From Mesotaenium endlicherianum (Eukaryota): a stretch of DNA of 56,594 nucleotides. Shown here in pieces: positions 47,082 to 56,594 of the stretch. A program made the position numbers and the translations under genes. Positions within the stretch are counted from its first letter, which is position 1. Each line of letters opens with the position of its first letter. Where the stretch lies: the NCBI GenBank assembly GCA_009602735.1, contig WELA01002119.1:470965-527558 (forward strand), given 5' to 3'. Under the pieces are notes generated by a model. That model was not told the DNA's origin and made no database searches. It worked only from the letters and a program-made list of their open reading frames with translations.

Positions 47082-50000
47082 GCGTCCATTCTCTTGACAA
47101 TCGCTTTTGGTAGTTCTTAAGCCATACATAGGGGTTGACCTCCACGGCAGTTGTGAACAACTAACCACAAGCACAACTTCTAGCCTCCAAAAATCGCTGA
47201 ACACCACAGTTGCTGCAAAACTTAGGTACTCTAGCCATGAGAGAAGTCAAACTATACTTTGGCACCACTCTAAATCCTAACTGTCGGGTGAATAAGAGTC
47301 TATTATGCTTTTTACCTAATTTTCTGGCCCCAAATATTTTTTCTGAATTTGTTTGACTTCATGGTAGAGAATTAGTCACATATGAAGAGTCTATCTCACA
47401 CACTACGTACCCTTCAGTGCTAAGAAGTTGATTGTGCTGGCTACTGAAAATTATCCACTATTTTGTTCGGCACAAGAGGGAAGAACTCTAAGAGAAAGCT
47501 TCAAAAACGAAACGTTTAGCATATAATTGAGAAACACTAAAGTTTGTACGTGAAGGAGATAGAAAGAAACGCCATGGAACCCACTCTCACCCAAGATTCT
47601 CCCTTAACCGGCCTTCTTCTACCTAGTAGTACAGAATGTGTGGCAAAGTTTATTTATGTGCAGACTATGTAGACTCGCACAAAAGAATGCTCTGTTAGCA
47701 CGTAAAAAGTATGAGGCCTGCTTAGAACACAGTAGTCGTAATTAAAGTTTAATGCACGCGAGTGCAAGGACTTCTTAAGGCGTCGGGAAAGTGGCGCGGA
47801 ATTTAAAGAATTGTGACGATAAGTACGTTCGACGCGAAAGTTTGGTGTTCGTAATTTGGCCCGCCTGGGATGCATGTAAAAGTATAATACTAATGCCCTT
47901 TAAATGGCTATAGCTTAATGATGTAACATGCCCCCACATTTTTGTCTTAAGTTCTTGCATCTGACTTGCTTATCCTCTTGAGATACGCGGTGTTGTATGT
48001 ACCATATATGATTGGAGCAGCAATAAGCATTGCACCTCTTAACAGCATATACTTGATCACGACTCTATTGGCTACATCAACAAAGCAGATAAATACAAAG
48101 AAGTATAAGTCTTTCATATCGTGATTGTTTAGAAAGCACCCAAGCATAAAAAGTCGAGTTTTCTCAGTCCTTCAATTAGACGTCCCCCATACATGCAAAA
48201 AACAATATCTTATATATTCCAGGAAGCAATGGGGACTTTAACTCAATAAGGTGTACACGACACTTCAATTTCTGTCAAGGCTATATCTCCTGTAGCTACC
48301 AAACTCCGCTCAAAGACTCTCTCATGTTTGCTGTACAATTGGGTGCATATAGCAAGTGCCCATGGACGCCAACGCAGATAGCTGTTTGTCGATGGAACAT
48401 TCAGACGTATTTATCTGTACGTTACAAAAGCCAGAGCTGCGTGTAACTTCCACGTACATTTGTATAGTTTGTATGCCATTTCACTGCTTTACGTCGATGA
48501 ATGCATTGTCTCGACTGTGTCGACTCAATACAGAGCACTTCTCAAATGAAGCTAGATATGGATAGATTAACATATTACTTCCTCTGTCTGCATAATTATG
48601 CATCGATCTCCACCAATTTCTTGGGGATCTGATTGCAATTAATGTTCGATCATCTCTATTAAATATTCTAAGTTATTTACTTAAAATTGACAATTTGACT
48701 GGAGTCTGAAAAGTGCATAAAATCTGCATGTATACATGTGACCTCAAAGCTTCTCTAACTAGTATAATCCCTAAGCATGATTTTTCATTTTTCAAAGCAA
48801 CAAATGCAATAGAGTAGACAGAAGTGAACTAGAGAAGTCTTTTCTATATAAGAGAGCTACATCAGATAGAAAATTCATTGTAGTGCAAATACACATATAT
48901 AGTGCTGGTAGAGCCCACCCACCCACCCTTCAAGTAGGAGGCAAAGGAAGTACTATGCTAGCAGCACTCTCAGAGGGTAGCAAAAACAAGAGAAGATGTC
49001 TCCAATAGTCTTAATTGAGCCAAAATAGACGCTTTCTCCAAAGAGTATACAGGCAAATTACATTAAGTTGACCTAGGATTAAAGTAGGTCCAGAGGTCAC
49101 TAGAAGTCTAGTGTCCCAAAAACCTTACGTGCGCACTCCGTGCACTTGTAGATTATGACCTTATTCAAACCTGCATCATCATTCATCAGATGATATGAAA
49201 ATGCAAAATTTATGCACTATCAAGCTAAAAGTGTTCTGGGGTCCAGGGCAGTCTAGGGTCCGTCATTAACTTGCGTGTCGGGACAGCCCTTAGCTCCGCG
49301 TTCTGAGAGCGACTTGGTCACAGTCGCTCACTTGTCACTTCAAGAAATCTTGATAGCGAAGTGCCGAAGCAGCCAACTCGATAGCGACTGCCGGACTCAA
49401 CGAACCTCACGATGTCATGAACCGATAGGAAGCAAAACGCAGTATGCAGCAGGATGTGTCTCGATCGGTCTCGATCGTCTCAATGCAGCACTAAACGTGT
49501 GATGATAGAGTTTTACTAAAGGCTCATAGGATCGATGGGTGCCACATATGGCCCCAAGCCAGCACATGCATTTCGTTCGAGCCTTCTTTCCAAAGAGGTA
49601 CAATGTTGTACAATTGTTGGTACAAGTCGCAAGAGCCCACGGCTTGAAGTGGGCGTGAAGTGAAGCACAAAGAGCGCTGGCAAACGACGGACCACCATGG
49701 CCACCAAGTACGTGACCAAATATGACCAACGATCGGAGGAACTCCCTCTCGTTCCCCCCTATACTCCGTTACTCATCAACTACCATCATCTTCATCGATC
49801 TCAATCGCGAGGGACTTACGGCAGCACCTGCAGCAACGTTTCTTTATCTTTCACTCGTCTCGTCGTTCCGACAGTGAAAGTTTTTGTTGGCTCTTATTTC
49901 TCGACTGTCCCTGGTTTACAGTATTTTCCTTTTGCAGGTACTTTGTTCGTGGTATTGAGCGTGTGCTGTATATGGGGATGGTGTGATGTAGATTAGAAGC

Positions 50001-50206
50001 CACTCAATAACTTTGTTCACGAAGTGTAGGCTGTTAGTTTCTAGTACTGCATCCAGCCTCTGACGAGATAAGTTGCACTACTGGAGTCAGTCAAGATCTG
50101 AAGTATTTACTACTGTACAATCGTGGAGAAGGCATGGTGGAGGCACACGCTCGGTCGTGTATGCGGGGCGGCCTTCGCCTGTGCCCTCAGGCGACCCGCC
50201 GCTGCA

Positions 50207-53200
50207 ATGGCCACTAACTGGCGGGACATACTGGATGAGAAAGATCAACAGATTCTTGCTCTACGTGAAGGTTAGTGTGTATCTCATACTATTTTTTTGG
50301 GGGGGGGTTTGCCAAGTCTAGGAGTCTCAGGTTACAAACGTGTGCTTCAGGCACTGTGACTCTAGTGTAAGGGGAGGGGCTCGTCAGCCTGATTTTGCTT
50401 GATATAGATTACTGTAAGGTCAAACTTAATATAGAGAAGCTTTGGCATTTGATACTCAGGACGTGATTGACTTTTTTCTGCTTCGTTGTCTCCAGATTTG
50501 AAGCAGGCACTTTCTACATTACCACCTGCACTCCAGGCTGTCCCATCAGCCATTCTCGTTGCAAATATTGCACCTCTTTTGAAGAACTGCGCCGAGCCAT
50601 CTGCATCTCCAGCTGAGTTAAAGTAAGCGGCTGCATCTGTGCTTGTATGTTGTGTAACTTTTCTTTTTACCCACTGGCGCTGGATGTCCTGTCTGCTTGA
50701 GGTCAGAAGAAAGCGGTGGGTAGTGGATGGGAGTCTTGCATATTTGTGTGTAAAAGCTGCATTGTGTTTGAGCTTTAGTTTCAGTGAATCGAGTGGACTA
50801 CCACTAAATTGATTTGCAGCCATTTCTTGTACTGATATCTTCCCCCTATTTTGGGGGTTCTTGGGGTCAGTTTCTCAGGTGCTGAAGTAAGAGGCAGGGA
50901 TGGGTTTATGACCCTGCTGGATAGAGCCATAGCTGGGGTCGAGAACGGCTTAAACACTGGTGCATTAGGTATTATTTACTGTCAATTTTGCCCGCATGAG
51001 CGTCACTGAGGATTCTGTAGCCTTGCTGACAGCTCTATACAGAAGTGATAATTGCTCCCTTTCTTTTCCCTCGTCCTGTTTTTTGTTGTTCTTTTCCTCG
51101 TACGTCATTGTTCTTTTCTGGCTTTACTCTTAGTTTTGTATGATAGGCCTGTAATCGGACGCACCATCCAGAAAAGCGGCTGGCGACATTTTTTTGTGGC
51201 AATGTCAAAGACATGACTGGTGTACACTTTCGTTTACTGAAGTAGATGTAGAAGCACCGAACATCAGGTTGCATATTTATGGCTGCCTTGCTTTTGAGTC
51301 ACCCGTTTCACACAGGTCTGCAGTCTAAGCACGGGTGTTGGGAAGAAACTCTGCTGATGTGTGCAGCTGGTGTAATGCCTGCAGAGAAGCACTCGAAGGT
51401 CGCTCCGGCGCTGCGCCTTGTGCGCGCGGAGATGATGGATGCCAACGAGCCAAACTTCCTGGAGGAAGAAGGTATGAAGCTGCAGCTTCTAGAGCAGCTG
51501 TCGCCCGCTCAGCAGTCCAGCTGTGCACAGGACAATTTTCTGTTGCTGCCTGCCTGCTGGCCGTGTAAGGCTAGGGTGCTTGTAGCGATGGCAGGGTTGC
51601 CAGTTAGCTGGAAGATACAGTGAAATCTGGTTGCATGCCTCCTGCTTTGTACGATGCAACAGATGGAAAGTATCAAACATGCGAGCTGGCTGCCGTCAGC
51701 ATTATACGCGTAACATTGTATCTAGTGTTTCGCTGTAGGCACATAATAGTGTGAGCTTGCATCGCTGATGCTGCCTTGTGATGTGGCATGAATGAATGTG
51801 GTGATGCAGATATGCACATCTTCGACGAAGCGCCTCTCTCCGACAAGCTCTCTCTGGTACGTGACACGCCTCTCGCCTCTCGCCGTGTGACACGTGACCC
51901 GGGCAAGGTTGCATGGTCTTTGTGTTTGGACAATAAGCTCATGTGTACGGAAGGGTGAAGGAGATGAAGAGAGGGAAGAGGGTGGTGTTGGAAGGCTTCC
52001 GGGTTACCAGGTACATGTGGAAGGGGACACTGAGGGTCGTGGTGCCTGAGGCAAGTGCACATGTGTCACTTGCCGCTCTCTTTCTCTGTATCTTCTGAAG
52101 GCTAGAGAAGGCTGGTGGCTGGTGCTGACAGGGAGCCGTACGGGGCCTCTGGTGGGTGTGCAGGTGGTGTGCAACAACTGCCAGAAGCCGGTCAAGGAGA
52201 GCCAGTACCCGGCTCATCTAGGTACCATCCTCATGCAGGATGTATGCATACGATTGCACTCATGCATGTGTCGCTAGGCATGAACATTGATGGGTACACA
52301 CATGCGCATGAGTTTATGCATCTGTTTTGTATGTGTGTTATATTCTTCTTTGCTTTTTCCAAAAATATGTGCACGTACTCGTACGCACAAACACTGATCT
52401 GCACGGATGAAAGATATGTGTATGCGTGTGGTCCCTGGCAACAAGCCACTGGTTACAGGGGTATCCGGTTTCAAAAGGTCAATCTTGCTACGGACGCTCA
52501 TCATATTAACAGCACGCCACTCTAGTCCCCTCCCGCAGCTTCTCTGCCAATGGCAGACGGGTGTCGCTCTCCCCGTGCTGCTGATTGGAACTATGTGCTG
52601 CGTTCCCTAACTCACCTAAAAAATACGTAAAAAAACCGATACGCAGTACGACAGGAGCTGCTGGCAAGCCTGCCCCAAGTGTGCCTCCTGTTGCCGGGGG
52701 ACATACTACCGCTTCTGGGTGCCGTTCGCACTGACACATGCGTGCTGTGGCTGCCTGGTTTTCCGCTAACAGGATAAGGCTTGGGGTTTTTGTTGTGTTC
52801 TTTTGCCTGCAATCAGAGAGGTGCCAGGCCCTGGCGGCTGCCGCTGCTGCGACTGCTGCAGCCTCCGCAGAGGGAGAGCAGCCAGAGGCCGCCGGTGCCG
52901 GCGCCACCATGAAGCCCCCCCGAAAGGGCCGCAGGAAGAAGGACTGTATCCTCCTTTCTCTTTCTCTCTCCGAAGACTGCACCCTCCAGACCTGTCGGCC
53001 ACTTTCCCTTTGCGGCCCTTCTGTCGGACCCTGTGGTCTTGTCATTTTGAGGCCTGCAGTCGTCTTGGCAAAAAATTGAGCAGTGCAAGTGGTCTGACTT
53101 GCCTGTCAGCATTTTGACTTTGCGATGCTTCCAGAAACCTGCTGAGGCAAGGGCTCCTCCCTCCTTCCCTTTTTTTGCTGAAAGAAGGGAGCCTAGGCAA

Positions 53201-55194
53201 GCGCTTGCGCTCAGGCGTCACCTGGCACTTGGCTCGGATCAAAGCAGCGGGCTGTGCACACGGCACAAAGCTCCCTTTGAAGTATATATCGCGACATGGA
53301 GCTCTGCCGCGCAATGAGTAGAAAGAAGAGCGTTCAAAGAACCAAACGAGTGCGTCTTTGAGTGGCCAGGGGGGGAAAGTACGACAGGGCCAAGGTCATG
53401 CGTGTCATTTTGTGCCGCTTTTTGTATGGTCGCCCTTGACTACTGTCATCTTAACAACCCAACGCCAGTGCCACCTGGCCCCGGCCAGCTGAAGGGAGGC
53501 CACACACTGAAGGGAGGCGAGGCAGGTGCGGGATCAGGGGCTGCTGCCACCCCACCTGCTGCTGCTGCTGTGGTTGACGACTCCAGCGCTCCTTCCGCAG
53601 CTTCTGCCGCTGCGGCCGCTGCGGCCGCCGCTGCAGCAAAGAACAAGTCGCGCAAACGTAAGTTGAATCTGATGCTGCACTTTGTTGGCCAGCATGTCCG
53701 AGTTTGACTTGCGCTCCCTCTCGCCCTCCCTGTTTCTCAAATGTAGGGTCCATAGCAGCTGGTGCAGTTGGTGTGGCCCTTTTGTGTGTTTGATGGGCTC
53801 TGTGTGGGGCCGACCCCACATGGCACTTCCCACCCGATAAAAATGGAGAATGGCCAGCCTGGAGAACACCGTTGCTTGTGTTCTTGTCTGCCCTATGTTT
53901 TCATAGCTGACTCCTTGCACTACCATGCTAGGCGTTATTGGGCAGGTGGATCGCGCGAGCTCAGCAGAGGGTCTTCATTTGTAGTATAGAGCCTGTTTTT
54001 CACGAATGCCTGGACATGCCTGTGGCTAAATCTCTCAGTGTGCATGAAGTGATAGTCGCTGTGCTGGAAGATGTGATGATCACCAGAAGCTGTTACCTTT
54101 CTGGGCTGGGCTGGGCTTGGCCGGGGCACCACAAGACACCGCAAGAGGGTGCGCCGGCCGTCAGGATGTTTGAAAAGGAGCAAGGGAGCGTATTCTAGAA
54201 GGAAAGGGAAGGACGTGCCTGATTGGTTTGTGGTCTGGGTTTTGGCGGTGGCTCCAATTTCTTGGAGTTGTTGGCTTGCAGGGCCGCTGAGCCTGCTGGA
54301 GAGGGCGCCGGCAGGGGCAGGGCCAGGGGCAGGCGCAGCAGGCGCGGCGTCTAAGGCTGCACGCACCAAGAAGCTGGGCACCCCCTCTGCCACGTCAGAT
54401 CCTCATATTGCTGGTTGGTGCACGCTTTTCCCCTTGCCCCCCCCGTCCCCCCTTTCCCNNNNNNNNNNNNNNNNNNNNNNNNNNNNNNNNNNNNNNNNNN
54501 NNNNNNNNNNNNNNNNNNNNNNNNNNNNNNNNNNNNNNNNNNNNNNNNNNNNNNNNNNNNNNNNNNNNNNNNNNNNNNNNNNNNNNNNNNNNNNNNNNNN
54601 NNNNNNNNNNNNNNNNNNNNNNNNNNNNNNNNNNNNNNNNNNNNNNNNNNNGTCCCCCCTGCCCCCCGGCGTTCCCCCTCCTTCTGTATCTATTACTCTG
54701 TCTCTCTCCTTTTGTCTCTCCCTCTCCCACGCGCACATGCATGCATGCATCAGCTCTGTCTTGTGTGACTCGTGTCTCTGTCCAAGCAGTCAGCCTCTGT
54801 GCCCCAAGCACCAGGACTCCCCGAGCCGTTGATCGAGCCCACCATCCATCCGTCTCGACAGTGGTGGCTGTACCCCCGTGGGCTGATGGCGGCGCTTGCG
54901 CCATGGTGGTGGTGGTGGTGGTGTTGCTGTGCCTGTGTGCTTGTGTGGCGGCTTTACGGCCTGACAGATGTCGTGGTGCCGGCGTGGGGAACGCGGCGCA
55001 GGGGCAGGGCAGCCGTTGCCGCCGCCGCCGCACTGCCGGCCCTTGTCGGGGATCGAGACGGGCTTAGCCTCCCCAGTGGGAGCAGCCCTCCTGGAGGGGG
55101 AGCCTTTGGGCAGCACATCGCCGCCAGCTGGCACCCACACCAGCGGCGGCGGACCAGCATCTGACCCCAGCGCCATCCGCAAGCGTGCCAAGCT
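50207..55194 (+). CDS. Putative SAGA deubiquitination-module subunit SGF73/ataxin-7-like protein (N-terminal CCHC Zn finger); 3' end unresolved or outside window
   Basis: In-phase exons 50207-50270 (uncertain), 51367-51471, 51810-51856, 52164-52221, 52817-52945, 53469-53657, 54282-54413, 55002-55194 give 'NFLEEEDMHIFDEAPLSDKLSLVVCNNCQKPVKESQYPAHLERC', resembling the ATXN7/Sgf73 N-terminal finger as recalled. Confidence 0.7.
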
Positions 55195-56594
55195 GTACGT
55201 CCGTGACCTGTCCCCTTCCGCATTGGTGTCATGTGTCTGCTGCATGTGTTCTGCTTGCATGGAAAGCGCATTAGTGAATACACTTGTCCAGTTCGTACTT
55301 GTGAACACAAGCATTCTTCTTCTGCTTGTAAGCGTGTGTAAGTGTGCGCGCGCATGTACTATTGTGTAGGTGTGCGTCTGTGTGGTGAAAGGAGCGGCCC
55401 TTTTTGCAAGTGTCATCTATTGCTCGCATTATCTTCAGTGGACCTACATAGCTTGCGCTGTAGCCCTCACTCAGATAGTGAGCTTGAAGCTGGCGGCATG
55501 GGTGTGTGCGCTCGCTTGCACTGGCCAAGATGGTCAAGCTTGCACTCGTCGTTCTCGGATGCAAGGACGGTGGCTTGCTTCAATGCATGCCAGGTGGCGT
55601 GTGTTGCGGGGCACTTGCCACACTGGGACCTTGACAGTATCACAGTGTCAATGGGTGCAACCCTTGAGCACAACATGCTGCCGCCTTGAAGGGGTTCTTA
55701 ATGCTCATTTTCACCTCCTCTACCACCCCCCCCCNNNNNNNNNNNNNNNNNNNNNNNNNNNNNNNNNNNNNNNNNNNNNNNNNNNNNNNNNNNNNNNNNN
55801 NNNNNNNNNNNNNNNNNNNNNNNNNNNNNNNNNNNNNNNNNNNNNNNNNNNNNNNNNNNNNNNNNNNNNNNNNNNNNNNNNNNNNNNNNNNNNNNNNNNN
55901 NNNNNNNNNNNNNNNNNNNNNNNNNNNNNNNNNNNNNNNNNNNNNNNNNNNNNNNNNNNNNNNNNNNNNNNNNNNNNNNNNNNNNNNNNNNNNNNNNNNN
56001 NNNNNNNNNNNNNNNNNNNNNNNNNNNNNNNNNNNNNNNNNNNNNNNNNNNNNNNNNNNNNNCCCCCCCCTTCAGGGTGCTTGCATCTCAAATCTCAGAA
56101 GAAACAATAGCTTACCTGTGTCTTTGCAGGCAAGTACCATCCTGATGAGAGTAAGCGTGCTGTGGTGGGCCGGCGCCAGCCGTATCTGGTGCTGCTGCAT
56201 GAATTCCAGTCTGAGGGAGGAAGCGTGCCCACTCCCAGAGGTCAGCAGCTTCCTTACCCTCCTTCCCTGCCTAGCGTGAACTTTACTGCCCCTTGGATGG
56301 CCCCCATGCTGCCTTCTCTTCTAGATGCCACTGTGGCCTGCTCCCACCCTGTAGATGCTCTATTGCAGAAGCTCGTCAGACTGCCTCCCTCCTGCTGTCG
56401 TGCACAGTGCGTGGCATGGCGTGGCCTTGGAGTGGAGCAGTCCGTTTTGCATCTCACTGCTGCCTTCTGCGCATGCTGGGGTGTGATGAGGTAAGAATGA
56501 GGTCGAGATTGTGCATTCAATACGTGCACTCATCAAGGTGTTTGTGCATGGGCGTGGGCTCGGTGTGCTGTGTCTGTGTGTTGGGGAGGAGGGG

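Larger units (their letters stand above)
35200..49260. mobile_element. Putative RAG1/Transib-like DNA transposon (two convergent ORFs, decayed, with nested LTR element); ends not determined
   Basis: AT-rich, microsatellite-poor island between GSTT and the SGF73-like gene, containing a RAG1-like transposase and a convergent ORF. No convincing TIR/TSD found by eye, so limits are compositional only. Confidence 0.55.

Noticed and set aside
35216..47935. Candidate TIR pair GGGCCCATGTTAC (35216-35228) / GTAACATGCCCCC (47923-47935)
   Set aside because: Only 11/13 match, does not extend, no TSD in flanks, not CAC-initiated; such matches are expected by chance over kilobase arms.
49306..49329. Hairpin GAGCGACT-N7-AGTCGCTC as an RNA gene or terminator
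   Set aside because: Isolated 8-bp stem with no tRNA/snRNA features around it.
55735..56061. ORFs spanning N gaps (also 13150, 15541, 26290, 54459)
   Set aside because: Open only because N codons are not stops.

Overview
Eukaryotic, intron-rich genomic DNA with microsatellite-laden introns and several N gaps. Gene content and GC-rich exons suggest a green plant/streptophyte alga (inference). Left to right: (1) a 5'-truncated multi-exon ABC1/UbiB kinase-beta-lactamase fusion gene (ABC1K11-like, +, 319-11410). (2) A ~6 kb segmental duplication (~13.6-20.2 kb vs ~25.1-30.8 kb) carrying an unrecognised 8-exon, all-phase-0, internally repetitive minus-strand gene head-to-head with exon 1 of a theta-class GST. 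(3) The intact 7-exon GSTT ending in PTS1 -SRL (30581-34682). (4) An AT-rich island (~35.2-49.3 kb) with a decayed RAG1/Transib-like DDE transposase (+) facing a convergent non-RAG2 partner ORF (-). The partner ORF is split just after a candidate ATG by a complete Ty3/Gypsy chromovirus (40427-47081; GCGTC TSD, tRNA-Met PBS, PPT, putative -1 frameshift signal). (5) The 5' part of an SGF73/ataxin-7-like Zn-finger gene (+, from ~50207). The most novel candidate is the two-gene RAG1-like transposon. The reversed intron architecture (C-rich 5' ends, G/GT-rich 3' ends with no polypyrimidine tract) is also notable. All homology calls are from motif recognition by eye, not database searches.
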